From the NCBI GenBank assembly GCA_964653005.1, contig CAZZAN010000003.1, forward strand, positions 142,592-206,591: a stretch of 64,000 bases of DNA, in the 5' to 3' direction. Both the position numbers and the translations under genes were made by a program. Shown piece after piece: positions 55,296 through 64,000 of the stretch (positions within the stretch are counted from its first letter, which is position 1; every line of letters starts with the position of its first letter). The notes beneath the pieces were generated by a model. The model ran no database searches. It was given only the letters and a program-made list of their open reading frames with translations, and was not told where the DNA came from. The stretch is from an uncultured Dehalococcoidia bacterium (GTDB lineage: Bacteria > Chloroflexota > Dehalococcoidia > UBA6926).

Positions 55296-58200
55296 TCAGT
55301 CTTCCCCGATTCGGAGTGTTTGACCGAGGGCTAGCGTATTGTACATCCGCACAACGAATGCCGTGGCGGCGATGAATACCGCGGCCATGAGCGCGTAAAC
55401 GATGCCGACGGAGACGGCGCTCGTTTCAATGATATAGGGAGGCAGCACCGCGACGCCGTCCTGCGTGCGATCAAGGAATGGCATCAAAAGTGCGCCCGTT
55501 CTCTGGCCGAGCAGGAATCCGGCTCCGATACCGATGCCGACTACCAGCATGTGTTCAAACCAGACGACGGCGCGAATCTGCGGGCCGTTGAGACCCAAGG
55601 TGCGGAGCAAGGCGAATTGTCTGCCCCGCTCACCGACTGTCAGGATGGAGTGCGCCACAAAGCACGTTCCGCCCAGGAAGAGCACTGCGCCATAGGCGAC
55701 CAATAGCAGGGCGCCCCACCCTGCCGCCACGAGCGGGTCCGCCTGCGAGGTGGCGATTAGTTCCTCGCGGTCGATGATCTGATTTGCGCTGACGGACTGC
55801 ATGATGCCCTGCAGTGCCGTGGTTCGTTCCTCGCCTGCCAGCCCCTCATCGAGCCTGTACCAAACCTCGTTGGCCTGCACTTCCTGCCCCTGCCCGACGA
55901 GATTCTGGTGGCGCAAGAGGCCCTGCATCTCCGTTATGACATAGCCCGCGCCTTCAGTGGGATTCATGGTGGGGAAGAAGTCGACCACATCAACAATTGT
56001 GCCGGGGACACGGGCGCTGCCGACACCGATATCGAGGGTGTCGCCGACACGGAGGCCGGACGCGCGCAGGATGCCGGGGCTTACGAGCATTGGCAGTTCA
56101 TAGGTCTGCGGACCTGCATAGAACCCGCGCTGGACAAATGCCGTAGTCGCGCCCCAACTGAAGAGCAGAGAGGAGCCGCCGTCACGTCCCGCACCGCCAA
56201 GCAGTTGCAGAGAATCCGTACGCGTAAGCGGGCCGATGCTTATGACGGCCAGGTCATCCTTGCTTGTGAATCGTCGAACGGAAACCGGCTCAGAACCTTC
56301 CGCAGCAGTTCGGGTCATAATCTCGTCGACGTAGAAGGCCCCGGCGGACATGCCTTCAGAGCGAGAGCGCTGCACGATCTGGAGCGAGACAAGCGTGAAT
56401 GGTCCAGTGGGTTCAATTGTGGGGACGGCGCGGCGGAATGAGAACCGGCTAATCGGCTCGAGCGGGGCTTCTCTATACGTCCATTCCGTGCTTTCCAGGT
56501 TGCCCATGAACATGGTGAAATAGCGGCCGTTGCCGTCTTCAACCAGTGCGGCCAGATTGGAGCGGGGATCGGGCTGCTCAGCGCTGCGTACCCACAGACC
56601 CAGGTGGCGGGCATCATCCGGCAGCCTGATTCCCCAGTTTTCGATCGCGTGAGCATCAACAGCGTCAAGTGTTTCGTCCAGTGAGTTGGACGCGAAGTCG
56701 TCGCGCCACCATGTCACGTTCTTGAGGGTGGGGGCGTCAACGGCCAACACCTCAAAGCGATCTGTCGATGAACCTGCGGCGAAGCCGCCGTCGGATCGGA
56801 ACACGCGCGCAGCGGCGGCCACGCCGTCGGGCGCCTCTACGAGAGCCTGCATGTCCTGCGTTGGCCCATCGTTGTGGGCGATAGCGGCGCTCGCAATTCG
56901 TACGTCCGCGCCTGCGTCATAACGAGCGCGCTCCTCGTAGCTCCGGTCAAGTGTGCCGCCGAAGCTCGCCGCGAAGGCTCCAAGTCCTGCAGCAAGCACG
57001 AGAAGAAGCACTAATCTCGTGACCGACAGCGGATTGCGCCCGACTTGCCAGAGACCAAGCGCGAGCCAGGTTGGGGAGGCAGGGGCGGCGATACGGGCGA
57101 CGAGGCCGCCAATAATCGGAAGAACACGCAACAAGAGCAGACCAGCTGACAGCAGGAACAGCGTCGGTATGAGCAGCAAGAAGAGATCCGCGCCCTGCTG
57201 GCCGGAAAGGGCGTCTGCGACGAGCGATCCCTGCTGACCCAATTGCCACAGGAAAATGAGCCCGGCTGCGGCTAATCCAACATCCAGGTAATAGCGCTGG
57301 ACGAAACCGACCTGGTTGGGACGGACGATGAGACGACGTTCCTCCAGGAGGTTTCGGCGGGCAAGGCGGAGGGTGGGAACGAGAAGGACGGCGAAGGCAA
57401 GCAGGCCTCCAATGCCCGCCAGGCCAAAGGCCAGCGGCGAGATGGAAACACGCAGGGGACCACCGTCACCCAGCGATGCAAAGACGGGCAAGTAGCCGAT
57501 GCTCGCGATGAGGCCGGCGGCGATGAACGGGGCGGCAGCGGAGGCGGCAGCAGTCACCAGGAGGCCCTGGACTGCGTAAATCTGAAGCACTTGCGGAGTG
57601 CGCGCGCCGCGGCTGCGGAGGAGCGCAGCGTCCGCCCTCTGCCTGTCCGTCACAAGGCCGGCGAGGAAGACGATGGCGTACAGAACCATCGCGGTCACGA
57701 GGAAGAGCATGATGGCAATGGGCGCTTCAATGAACCGGATGCGCGTGTCGTACGTATTCAGCACGTCATCGAGCTGCGTGTTCTGCCTGTAGCCGTCCAC
57801 TGAGCCGCCGAGGAAACCGTTAAGGCCGGCAATCGCCCTCGCGAAACGTTCGGAATCCGCTGCGCGAATCTCGGTGGGATTCGTCAAATACCGTGAGTAA
57901 TATGAGCCGTCCGCTTTGACGAACATCGCTCCGACGATGTCCACGACCGTGGATTCAGGAACGATGACAGGAAGCGTGCTCAGGAGGGTTGGCTCACGCA
58001 CGATTCTCTGCAGCGGAGGGGCAACCCAGTAATGAGCTTCAGGATCGACGGGAGAGGCGATGCCGGTTAGGCGGACGTTAATCTTGCTCGTCCTGTCCTC
58101 CCAGAACGGGACAAAGGGCACGGTGTCACCGATAGAAAGGTTGAGATACTCCGCGCCCTGCCGCATGGCGACGGCTTCGACAGTCGTGATGCCATCGACT

Positions 58201-58703
58201 GTCTCAACGATGCCCGGCTCCGGCATCCTGCCCTCCAGGCCGAGGAGTTTCTGATTCGATTCGAGGACGTGGAAGGTGGCACGTGGGGTTACGTCGAGGT
58301 CGATTCCGTCTGAACCGTCAGTGGGGACGAGGAATGTGGAGGACCGCAAGCTGAAGATCTCCCGTTCGGCCAAGCCTTCAAGCGCGTTTGTCACGCTCGA
58401 ATGAACGCGGTCTGTTGCGCGGTCATAGACTTCTCGATCAACACCGGATGTCTGGAAATGAACCTCGAGATCGAGTGATTTCTCGTCGGCGTTATTGATG
58501 GCGTGGCTCAGGCCCAAGTCACGGAGGGCCTGCGTATAGATGACGATGCTGGCCATGGTGGCGGCGGCAACGGTGGCACCAAGCAGAACGGGCAGCAACA
58601 GGGGCGCGTACGTACGCAGTCGCCGAAACACGAGTGGCAGGAGTCTCAGGCCCACGCTACGCCTCCGCCCCACGCAGGACCCATGCGATGGGCTGCGACA
58701 CAT
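55296..58703 (-). CDS. FtsX-family ABC permease with duplicated FtsX domains (~1100 aa)
   Basis: Two repeats of TM, large extracytoplasmic domain and 3-TM FtsX bundle. A 47-nt overlap with the upstream paralog suggests the true start is an internal GTG/TTG. Confidence 0.75.
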   Translation of the reverse strand: MCRSPSHGSCVGRRRSVGLRLLPLVFRRLRTYAPLLLPVLLGATVAAATMASIVIYTQALRDLGLSHAINNADEKSLDLEVHFQTSGVDREVYDRATDRVHSSVTNALEGLAEREIFSLRSSTFLVPTDGSDGIDLDVTPRATFHVLESNQKLLGLEGRMPEPGIVETVDGITTVEAVAMRQGAEYLNLSIGDTVPFVPFWEDRTSKINVRLTGIASPVDPEAHYWVAPPLQRIVREPTLLSTLPVIVPESTVVDIVGAMFVKADGSYYSRYLTNPTEIRAADSERFARAIAGLNGFLGGSVDGYRQNTQLDDVLNTYDTRIRFIEAPIAIMLFLVTAMVLYAIVFLAGLVTDRQRADAALLRSRGARTPQVLQIYAVQGLLVTAAASAAAPFIAAGLIASIGYLPVFASLGDGGPLRVSISPLAFGLAGIGGLLAFAVLLVPTLRLARRNLLEERRLIVRPNQVGFVQRYYLDVGLAAAGLIFLWQLGQQGSLVADALSGQQGADLFLLLIPTLFLLSAGLLLLRVLPIIGGLVARIAAPASPTWLALGLWQVGRNPLSVTRLVLLLVLAAGLGAFAASFGGTLDRSYEERARYDAGADVRIASAAIAHNDGPTQDMQALVEAPDGVAAAARVFRSDGGFAAGSSTDRFEVLAVDAPTLKNVTWWRDDFASNSLDETLDAVDAHAIENWGIRLPDDARHLGLWVRSAEQPDPRSNLAALVEDGNGRYFTMFMGNLESTEWTYREAPLEPISRFSFRRAVPTIEPTGPFTLVSLQIVQRSRSEGMSAGAFYVDEIMTRTAAEGSEPVSVRRFTSKDDLAVISIGPLTRTDSLQLLGGAGRDGGSSLLFSWGATTAFVQRGFYAGPQTYELPMLVSPGILRASGLRVGDTLDIGVGSARVPGTIVDVVDFFPTMNPTEGAGYVITEMQGLLRHQNLVGQGQEVQANEVWYRLDEGLAGEERTTALQGIMQSVSANQIIDREELIATSQADPLVAAGWGALLLVAYGAVLFLGGTCFVAHSILTVGERGRQFALLRTLGLNGPQIRAVVWFEHMLVVGIGIGAGFLLGQRTGALLMPFLDRTQDGVAVLPPYIIETSAVSVGIVYALMAAVFIAATAFVVRMYNTLALGQTLRIGED

Positions 58704-61700
58704 ATGCGCGCCATAAGGCTGCGGCTAACCCAAGGCCTGTGGCGCATATCAGTCCAATGACCAGCCCGGCCACCTGCCAATCCGGAGAGAGAATCAGGCT
58801 GGGCACAGGCTCTGTTCCTGCAAGGCCCTGGAATCTTGGCACAAGAATCCAACTCAGGTAAGCGCCGACGGCTATTGCGCCTGCGCCGGCCGGCAGGACG
58901 ATCGACGCGTATTCCACGGCAAAGGAGAATAGGGCAGTGAATCGCGGCACGCCCAGCGCGCGCAGCACGGCGTTGTCACGCGCTCGATCCGACGCAGCAC
59001 CGGCAGCATGAGCTGCGACGCCAATCAGCAGGGCGCCTATGCCCGCGAACACGGCGATGATTGTCATGCCACGCCACCCGGCGGACGCGAGCGGGCTCTG
59101 CTGAGTCTCTTCCTGGATGGCGATGCGATCCACCACTTCGCCTGTGTATCGTTCGTCATTCACGATCGTGTCCACAATAGCCGTTCTTTGCTCCGGCACG
59201 TCAGGCAGCGAGAGGAAGACGCGATTCGGCCAGAGCTTCTTGGTCACGCTAACGGCGTTGACGTGGTCGATGAGTGATTGCCCATTGGCGACGAGGAATC
59301 CGGCGGATCCGGGCTCAATTGTGGGAAAACTCGTGAGGGTACCGACGATGCGGATGGGGACGAGTCGATCCGCCACATGCACCGCCGCCAGGCTGCCCAC
59401 CTGCCAGCCGCGGTTCAGCAAAAGATCGCCGGAAGCAAGCATGGGTATGGATGACGCGCCGGGCGAAACGTAGATGCCGCGCACGCCATCTCGCGTATCT
59501 CGTCCCCAGACGAATTTCAGCGTACCCCCGCGTTCTCCCGCGGATGCGCCGGCCTCGATGACGTCACGCCGCTCTCCCGTCAGGAGAATAGGGAGCCAGT
59601 CGGCAGCCTGGTCAAAGTCCTCGACGAGTGTTTGTGTTCCTGAGGCATCAATCGCAACAAAGTCATCAAGTTCAAAAGATCCGGGCGCTCCATTTGCTCC
59701 TTCGACAGGTTCATAGAGCATGATGCTGTTGAGCGTGTAGGGGCCGGGGGGCGGCGGCTGATTGCCTCGGGCAAGCCTCGTTTCAAGGAATCGCCAGCCG
59801 GAAAAGTCCAACGCGCCGAGGCTGTACGTGTCCGGTCTCCCAAGCCCATCGATGATCTGGAGCCACAGGAATCGATTGGCCTGGGGCAGTTCCGGATTCA
59901 CCCAGACGCCCACGCGCTGTGTGCCATCGGGAATGGCGCGGGGAGGCGTGGGCGACTCATCCGTGAGGGCAAGGTCGATGAGCAGCCGCTCCATGGGGAC
60001 TTCAGCGAAATCCTCACGGAATTCCAACAGGCCGCCGATAGTGGACGGGTCGATGCCGATCAGCGGCACAAGGGTCCCCACCTGGTTTGATCCCAGACCG
60101 GCCTGGCTTGAATAGGCGGCGGATGCGTCCTGTACGCCGTCAATACCTCGATAATCATCCGTTACTTCTGAGAATGACTTCTCAGAGAACGCCCGGGATC
60201 GATCAATCCGAACATCGACACCCGCCTGAAAGGTTGCCTGGTCTGCCGCCGCTCTATCCAGCGTCCCGCCAAAAGTTGCAACGAAGACTCCGAGCACGCC
60301 AAACAGCAAGAGCAGGCCGGCGAGGGCGGCAGCGGGTGTGGAGGCGCGATTAATGCGCTCGAGCGCCATGTCAATCGGCAGCCGCCCGATGGCGCGAGCG
60401 ATGGCCGCGGCAACCCGAATGCCAAACGGCAAGAGACGGTAGAGGAGCAGCAATGCGGCAAGTGTCATCGCAATCGGAACGATGAGCACCGTCCGGTCAA
60501 TCTGTGACGTGCCATCCGTTTGCGCGACGGCGACGCCTTCTTCGACGCCCCGGAGCTCCACCTGCCACAGGATGGCCGCGGCGATCACAAGGAGAACGAT
60601 ATCCAGGTGAAGGCGGCGGAACCAGGGGAGGTTTGTCGGGCGGGACCTTTCACTCTGGAGGGTGGAGACCGGGACACGCGAGACACCGATGACCGGCACA
60701 GCCATGATGATGATGGTGACGGCGACGCCGGCGGCGAGCCACGGCAAAGCGGGAACGATTGGGGCCGGCATCAGAGTCGCGCCGTCGAGTGCAGCTCTCC
60801 ACGCGCCAAGCTCGCCCAGTCCAAGAATTGCGCCGTAGGCAATCAGGGGTGCCAGAACCGTCGAAACGATTATTGCGCCGAGCGCCCAGGCAAGTATGAG
60901 CGTGACCGTGCGCCGTCCTCCCGCTCCCCTGCTCCGCAGGAGGCCGACAACTCCCTCTGTCGTTCGACCGACGGTGAACGCAATCATCGTCAGGGCGTAG
61001 AGCAGAATCGCGCCGACAATGACGAGGACGATGGTGAGCGGCATCTGATTTCGAGCGACTTCATCACGGAAATCGGGCAGCCTGTTCCCGAGCAGGGATA
61101 TGAAGATGCTGCGAGGCGCATCCGCGGTGAGTCGGCCTTGCAGATTCGCGACAGCCACATCGGCGTTGGCAAGGCCCATGTCCAGCAGACCGTCCGGGTT
61201 GATATACAGGGTGTCCGTAACGGCGCCGAGGAGTGAGGGGGTCTCCGCACCGATGCGGTCAACGAGGGTTTGTTCAGGCACAAAGAGGCTTATTGTCCAT
61301 AAACCGGCCTGGTTGCGCTCAGCGTCCAACCGTTCATAGAAAAGGCCGCCGCCCTGGAACCAGTACCGCTCCTCTGCGTCCACCGGCTCAACGATGCCCA
61401 CGAGGACCGCGTCATAGGGCATTGCAGGCGGCGGGAGCCGGGAGTTGAGACGGAATTGCTGGCCAACCTGCAGCCCTGTCTTCTCCGCGGCCTGCCTGCC
61501 GAGCATCACCTCGATCGGCCCGCTGGCGACAAACTGCGCGCGGCGGCCTTCTACGATGCTGACCTTATCGTCAAAACCGGTTCGAGAAAACAACGTCGAA
61601 ACCACGTCCTGCTCATCCGAGCCTGTGAGCGCGGTGCGGATGGGAAAGACAGTGGAGTAGACACCGCGGCGATCCAGCGCGTCGCCGAGGGTATCCTGTG

Positions 61701-61980
61701 CGGCGCTGAGAATGACGTTGCGTGTGCCGTTGAATTGCTCAGGCTCGAACGTCGAGAAGTTTGTTGCGACGGTGGCATCCAGGTTGTATGAATTGCGTTC
61801 GAGGTAGTCCTGGAACGCAAGGCGCTCAACGGTGCTGAGATAAAGGGGGCCGAGAACGGAAAGGGTGACGGTCAGCAGGATTCCAAGGGATGCTACGAGC
61901 GCCAGCGCCCTCTTACCCCTCGTCTGTCTCCACGCCAGCCGCCATGGCGACACGCGCCACACCCTCCCCATGAACTGCAA
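58657..61980 (-). CDS. FtsX-family ABC permease with duplicated FtsX domains (1107 aa), paralog
   Basis: Same architecture: TM1, ~260-aa ECD, FtsX, TM, ~450-aa ECD, FtsX. Confidence 0.75.
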   Translation of the reverse strand: MQFMGRVWRVSPWRLAWRQTRGKRALALVASLGILLTVTLSVLGPLYLSTVERLAFQDYLERNSYNLDATVATNFSTFEPEQFNGTRNVILSAAQDTLGDALDRRGVYSTVFPIRTALTGSDEQDVVSTLFSRTGFDDKVSIVEGRRAQFVASGPIEVMLGRQAAEKTGLQVGQQFRLNSRLPPPAMPYDAVLVGIVEPVDAEERYWFQGGGLFYERLDAERNQAGLWTISLFVPEQTLVDRIGAETPSLLGAVTDTLYINPDGLLDMGLANADVAVANLQGRLTADAPRSIFISLLGNRLPDFRDEVARNQMPLTIVLVIVGAILLYALTMIAFTVGRTTEGVVGLLRSRGAGGRRTVTLILAWALGAIIVSTVLAPLIAYGAILGLGELGAWRAALDGATLMPAPIVPALPWLAAGVAVTIIIMAVPVIGVSRVPVSTLQSERSRPTNLPWFRRLHLDIVLLVIAAAILWQVELRGVEEGVAVAQTDGTSQIDRTVLIVPIAMTLAALLLLYRLLPFGIRVAAAIARAIGRLPIDMALERINRASTPAAALAGLLLLFGVLGVFVATFGGTLDRAAADQATFQAGVDVRIDRSRAFSEKSFSEVTDDYRGIDGVQDASAAYSSQAGLGSNQVGTLVPLIGIDPSTIGGLLEFREDFAEVPMERLLIDLALTDESPTPPRAIPDGTQRVGVWVNPELPQANRFLWLQIIDGLGRPDTYSLGALDFSGWRFLETRLARGNQPPPPGPYTLNSIMLYEPVEGANGAPGSFELDDFVAIDASGTQTLVEDFDQAADWLPILLTGERRDVIEAGASAGERGGTLKFVWGRDTRDGVRGIYVSPGASSIPMLASGDLLLNRGWQVGSLAAVHVADRLVPIRIVGTLTSFPTIEPGSAGFLVANGQSLIDHVNAVSVTKKLWPNRVFLSLPDVPEQRTAIVDTIVNDERYTGEVVDRIAIQEETQQSPLASAGWRGMTIIAVFAGIGALLIGVAAHAAGAASDRARDNAVLRALGVPRFTALFSFAVEYASIVLPAGAGAIAVGAYLSWILVPRFQGLAGTEPVPSLILSPDWQVAGLVIGLICATGLGLAAALWRAYVSQPIAWVLRGAEA

Positions 61981-62019
61981 TTCAGCGAATTATACTTGTT
62001 TGCAACGGGATGGGGGCTG

Positions 62020-62802
62020 ATGTCGACTTTCATTGACACGCATACACATATTGACCAGCACGACGCCGATGAGTGGCCGGACATTGTGGCGCGTGCTCGG
62101 GAAGCGGGCGTTGAGGCCATCATTGCGGCAGGCGTGACGATCGAATCGTCAGAGCGTTGTGTGCAGTTGGCGGAGCAATTTCCCGGAACCGTGTGGGCAG
62201 GCGTGGGCGTCCATCCGATGGATATCTCCGGTCCACTTTCAGATAGTGACATCGGGCGGCTGCGTGAATTGGCCTCGCATGAGCGGGTGGTCTGCATCAG
62301 TGAGGTCGGGCTCGACTGGGAGCCGGGGCGGCCTGATAGAGGGGCACAGGAACAGGCTTTTCGGACGCAGCTGCGACTGGCCGTTGAGTTGAATCTGCCT
62401 GTGATTTTCCACAATCGCGAAGCCGGTATGGAACCGCTGAGAATCATCCGAGAGGAGGTTGGCGACAAAGTGCCTACCGTCGCCCATTATTTCCAGGGGC
62501 CGCTCGACTATGCCCTCGCCTGCATGGAACAGGGCGTCTACCTTTCGCTGGCCAAGCCCCTGCTACGGCTGCCGGACCTGCAAGAGATCATCGCCAATCA
62601 TGCGCCTTTGGAATCCATCGTTCTTGAAACGGATTCGTATCCGCAGCCGTACAAGAAGAACCGCAACAACTGGACTGAACCGCGTGACGTGCCGATGGTT
62701 GCGGCAAAGGTGGCGGAACTAAAGGGTGTCCTGATTGAAGAGGTTGCCGAGATGACGACGGCAACCATTCAAGGAGTGCTGAGGCGAGAGATTTTGACGT
62801 AG
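62020..62802 (+). CDS. tatD: TatD-family metal-dependent hydrolase
   Basis: 'FIDTHTHID' motif. About 260 aa. Confidence 0.8.
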   Translation: MSTFIDTHTHIDQHDADEWPDIVARAREAGVEAIIAAGVTIESSERCVQLAEQFPGTVWAGVGVHPMDISGPLSDSDIGRLRELASHERVVCISEVGLDWEPGRPDRGAQEQAFRTQLRLAVELNLPVIFHNREAGMEPLRIIREEVGDKVPTVAHYFQGPLDYALACMEQGVYLSLAKPLLRLPDLQEIIANHAPLESIVLETDSYPQPYKKNRNNWTEPRDVPMVAAKVAELKGVLIEEVAEMTTATIQGVLRREILT

Positions 62803-62809
62803 CGGAGGT

Positions 62810-64000
62810 TTAGGTGGCCTCCCGGGAATAGGACGCCATACCTGCTTCTCCGGTTTTCTCTTCGTCACCCAAGAGTCGATCAGGCACGGACGTGCTGCGC
62901 AGCGACCGGAATATCAGCAGGATGACGATAACGAGGCTGAGGGTGACCGCGCCCATAATCGCAGTGGCCGTCGGCGCTCCCCATTCTTCTGCCAACCGTC
63001 CAATCATCGTGAATCCGATTGGCGACGCTCCCCACGTGGTTGTACGGATTGCAGACAGCCGCCCGCGCATGGAGTCACTGATGAGGAATTGCACCCGCGC
63101 GGTGGTCGCCACAAGGCAGGACTGGAATCCAAAACCGGCAAGGTACGCGAAGAGCAGTGACAGCGTGAGTATTTCGGAGAAGCTAAAGGCTATAAGGGCA
63201 AGGGCAAATCCAATACCACCCATCACGATCAAATTTCGGATGGCGCGGGGGCTGCTAAAGGTCGCGAGGACGATGGATCCCGTCATTGATCCGGCCCCTG
63301 CCGCCGCGCCAAGATCACCGGCAACCGTGGCGCCCTGGTTGAGGACATCACGCGCAAACACGACCAGCTGCGTTTGATACGGCGACCCAAAGATGATTGC
63401 CGCGCCGGCGACCGTCATCAGACCGAGGATCACCTTGTGGCGCCATACAAACGCGGCACCCTCAACGGTGTCCGTCCAGACCGTCTTCAACGTCTTGTTG
63501 CCCGCGCGGGCGCCCTGTCGCGTGTTGACGGGCACAAGAAAAACAATCGATACAACTGAGAGGGCGGCGGCAGTGCCAAACGCGGCCGCTCCGCCGAATT
63601 CGTCAAAGATGCGCCCGCCGATAAAGCTGCCGATGAACATGCCGCCACTAAACATGATGGAGGACAAGGCAATGCCATTGGCCATGTTCTCGCGGCTGAC
63701 AAGGTTCGGCACGATGGCCATACGAGACGGGAGAGCAACGGCGAATGCGATGCCGGCGATAACGCTCAGCACGAAGATGCTCCATAGCTCAATTTGGTCG
63801 GTGGCAAGCAAGACGACGAAGCCGAGCAACGCGAGGATTGTTACGATTTCTGTAAGAACGAGGACCCACTTGCGGCTGAACCGGTCTGCCAGAACACCGC
63901 CGAAGAGGGAAATCAATGACGGCAATTCGCCTGCAGTCGCGGCGGCGGCGACAAGTTCCGGGGAGTCTGTCATTTCAAGCACGACCCATCCCCGGAAGAG
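62810..64000 (-). CDS. MFS transporter (5' end outside window)
   Basis: Multi-TM protein with an MFS 'GxLADRFSRK' loop motif. The reading frame stays open to the window edge. Confidence 0.7.
   Translation of the reverse strand, partial: LFRGWVVLEMTDSPELVAAAATAGELPSLISLFGGVLADRFSRKWVLVLTEIVTILALLGFVVLLATDQIELWSIFVLSVIAGIAFAVALPSRMAIVPNLVSRENMANGIALSSIMFSGGMFIGSFIGGRIFDEFGGAAAFGTAAALSVVSIVFLVPVNTRQGARAGNKTLKTVWTDTVEGAAFVWRHKVILGLMTVAGAAIIFGSPYQTQLVVFARDVLNQGATVAGDLGAAAGAGSMTGSIVLATFSSPRAIRNLIVMGGIGFALALIAFSFSEILTLSLLFAYLAGFGFQSCLVATTARVQFLISDSMRGRLSAIRTTTWGASPIGFTMIGRLAEEWGAPTATAIMGAVTLSLVIVILLIFRSLRSTSVPDRLLGDEEKTGEAGMASYSREAT

Overview
This is a 64-kb segment of a high-GC bacterial chromosome, roughly 60-65% GC by eye. 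The gene content (GYD protein, DUF502, LLM-class oxidoreductase, OtsA/OtsB, BrnTA, CCA encoded in the tRNA genes) suggests Chloroflexota or another high-GC Terrabacteria lineage, but I cannot name the organism.

The window is gene-dense. I support about 60 protein-coding genes and five tRNAs: Glu-UUC, Thr-CGU, Leu-CAA, Gln-UUG and Gly-UCC.

Housekeeping blocks are:
- purC and purS
- a minus-strand hisC-hisB pair that appears co-transcribed with a MacAB/HlyD-type efflux operon
- a DnaQ-exonuclease/DinG helicase fusion flanked by a PHP phosphoesterase and an AlkA-like glycosylase
- a CCA-adding enzyme
- the cell-wall precursor genes glmU, uppP and glmS
- apt, a metF-like gene, a GalE-like epimerase, otsA, otsB, mscS, Cu/Zn sodC, ada and tatD.

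The accessory or unusual content is:
1. A five-gene partner-switching cascade (STAS protein, REC-PP2C phosphatase, RsbW-like kinase) co-transcribed with an orphan LivK-type periplasmic binding protein and a sensor histidine kinase, with no sigma factor nearby.
2. Four tandem crotonase-fold paralogs around an isochorismatase-family hydrolase.
3. A low-GC islet with an HNH endonuclease, plus a DUF559 (Vsr-like) gene exactly bracketed by 35-bp terminal inverted repeats. This looks like a miniature mobile cassette.
4. Two tandem FtsX-type permeases of about 1100 aa each with two ABC ATPases, one carrying a C-terminal AbrB/MazE-like tail.
5. A BrnT/BrnA toxin-antitoxin pair next to tRNA-Gly and an 88-bp tandem duplication.
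6. A family of composite intergenic repeats: an ATTCCCGCYTTCGCGGGAATGAC hairpin plus a CCTTCGACAGGCTCAGGGYGARCGG module. One locus upstream of glmS holds a phased direct-repeat array of this kind.

No CRISPR array, rRNA, integrase or transposase was seen. Many antisense ORFs in the six-frame track are high-GC artefacts and were ignored.
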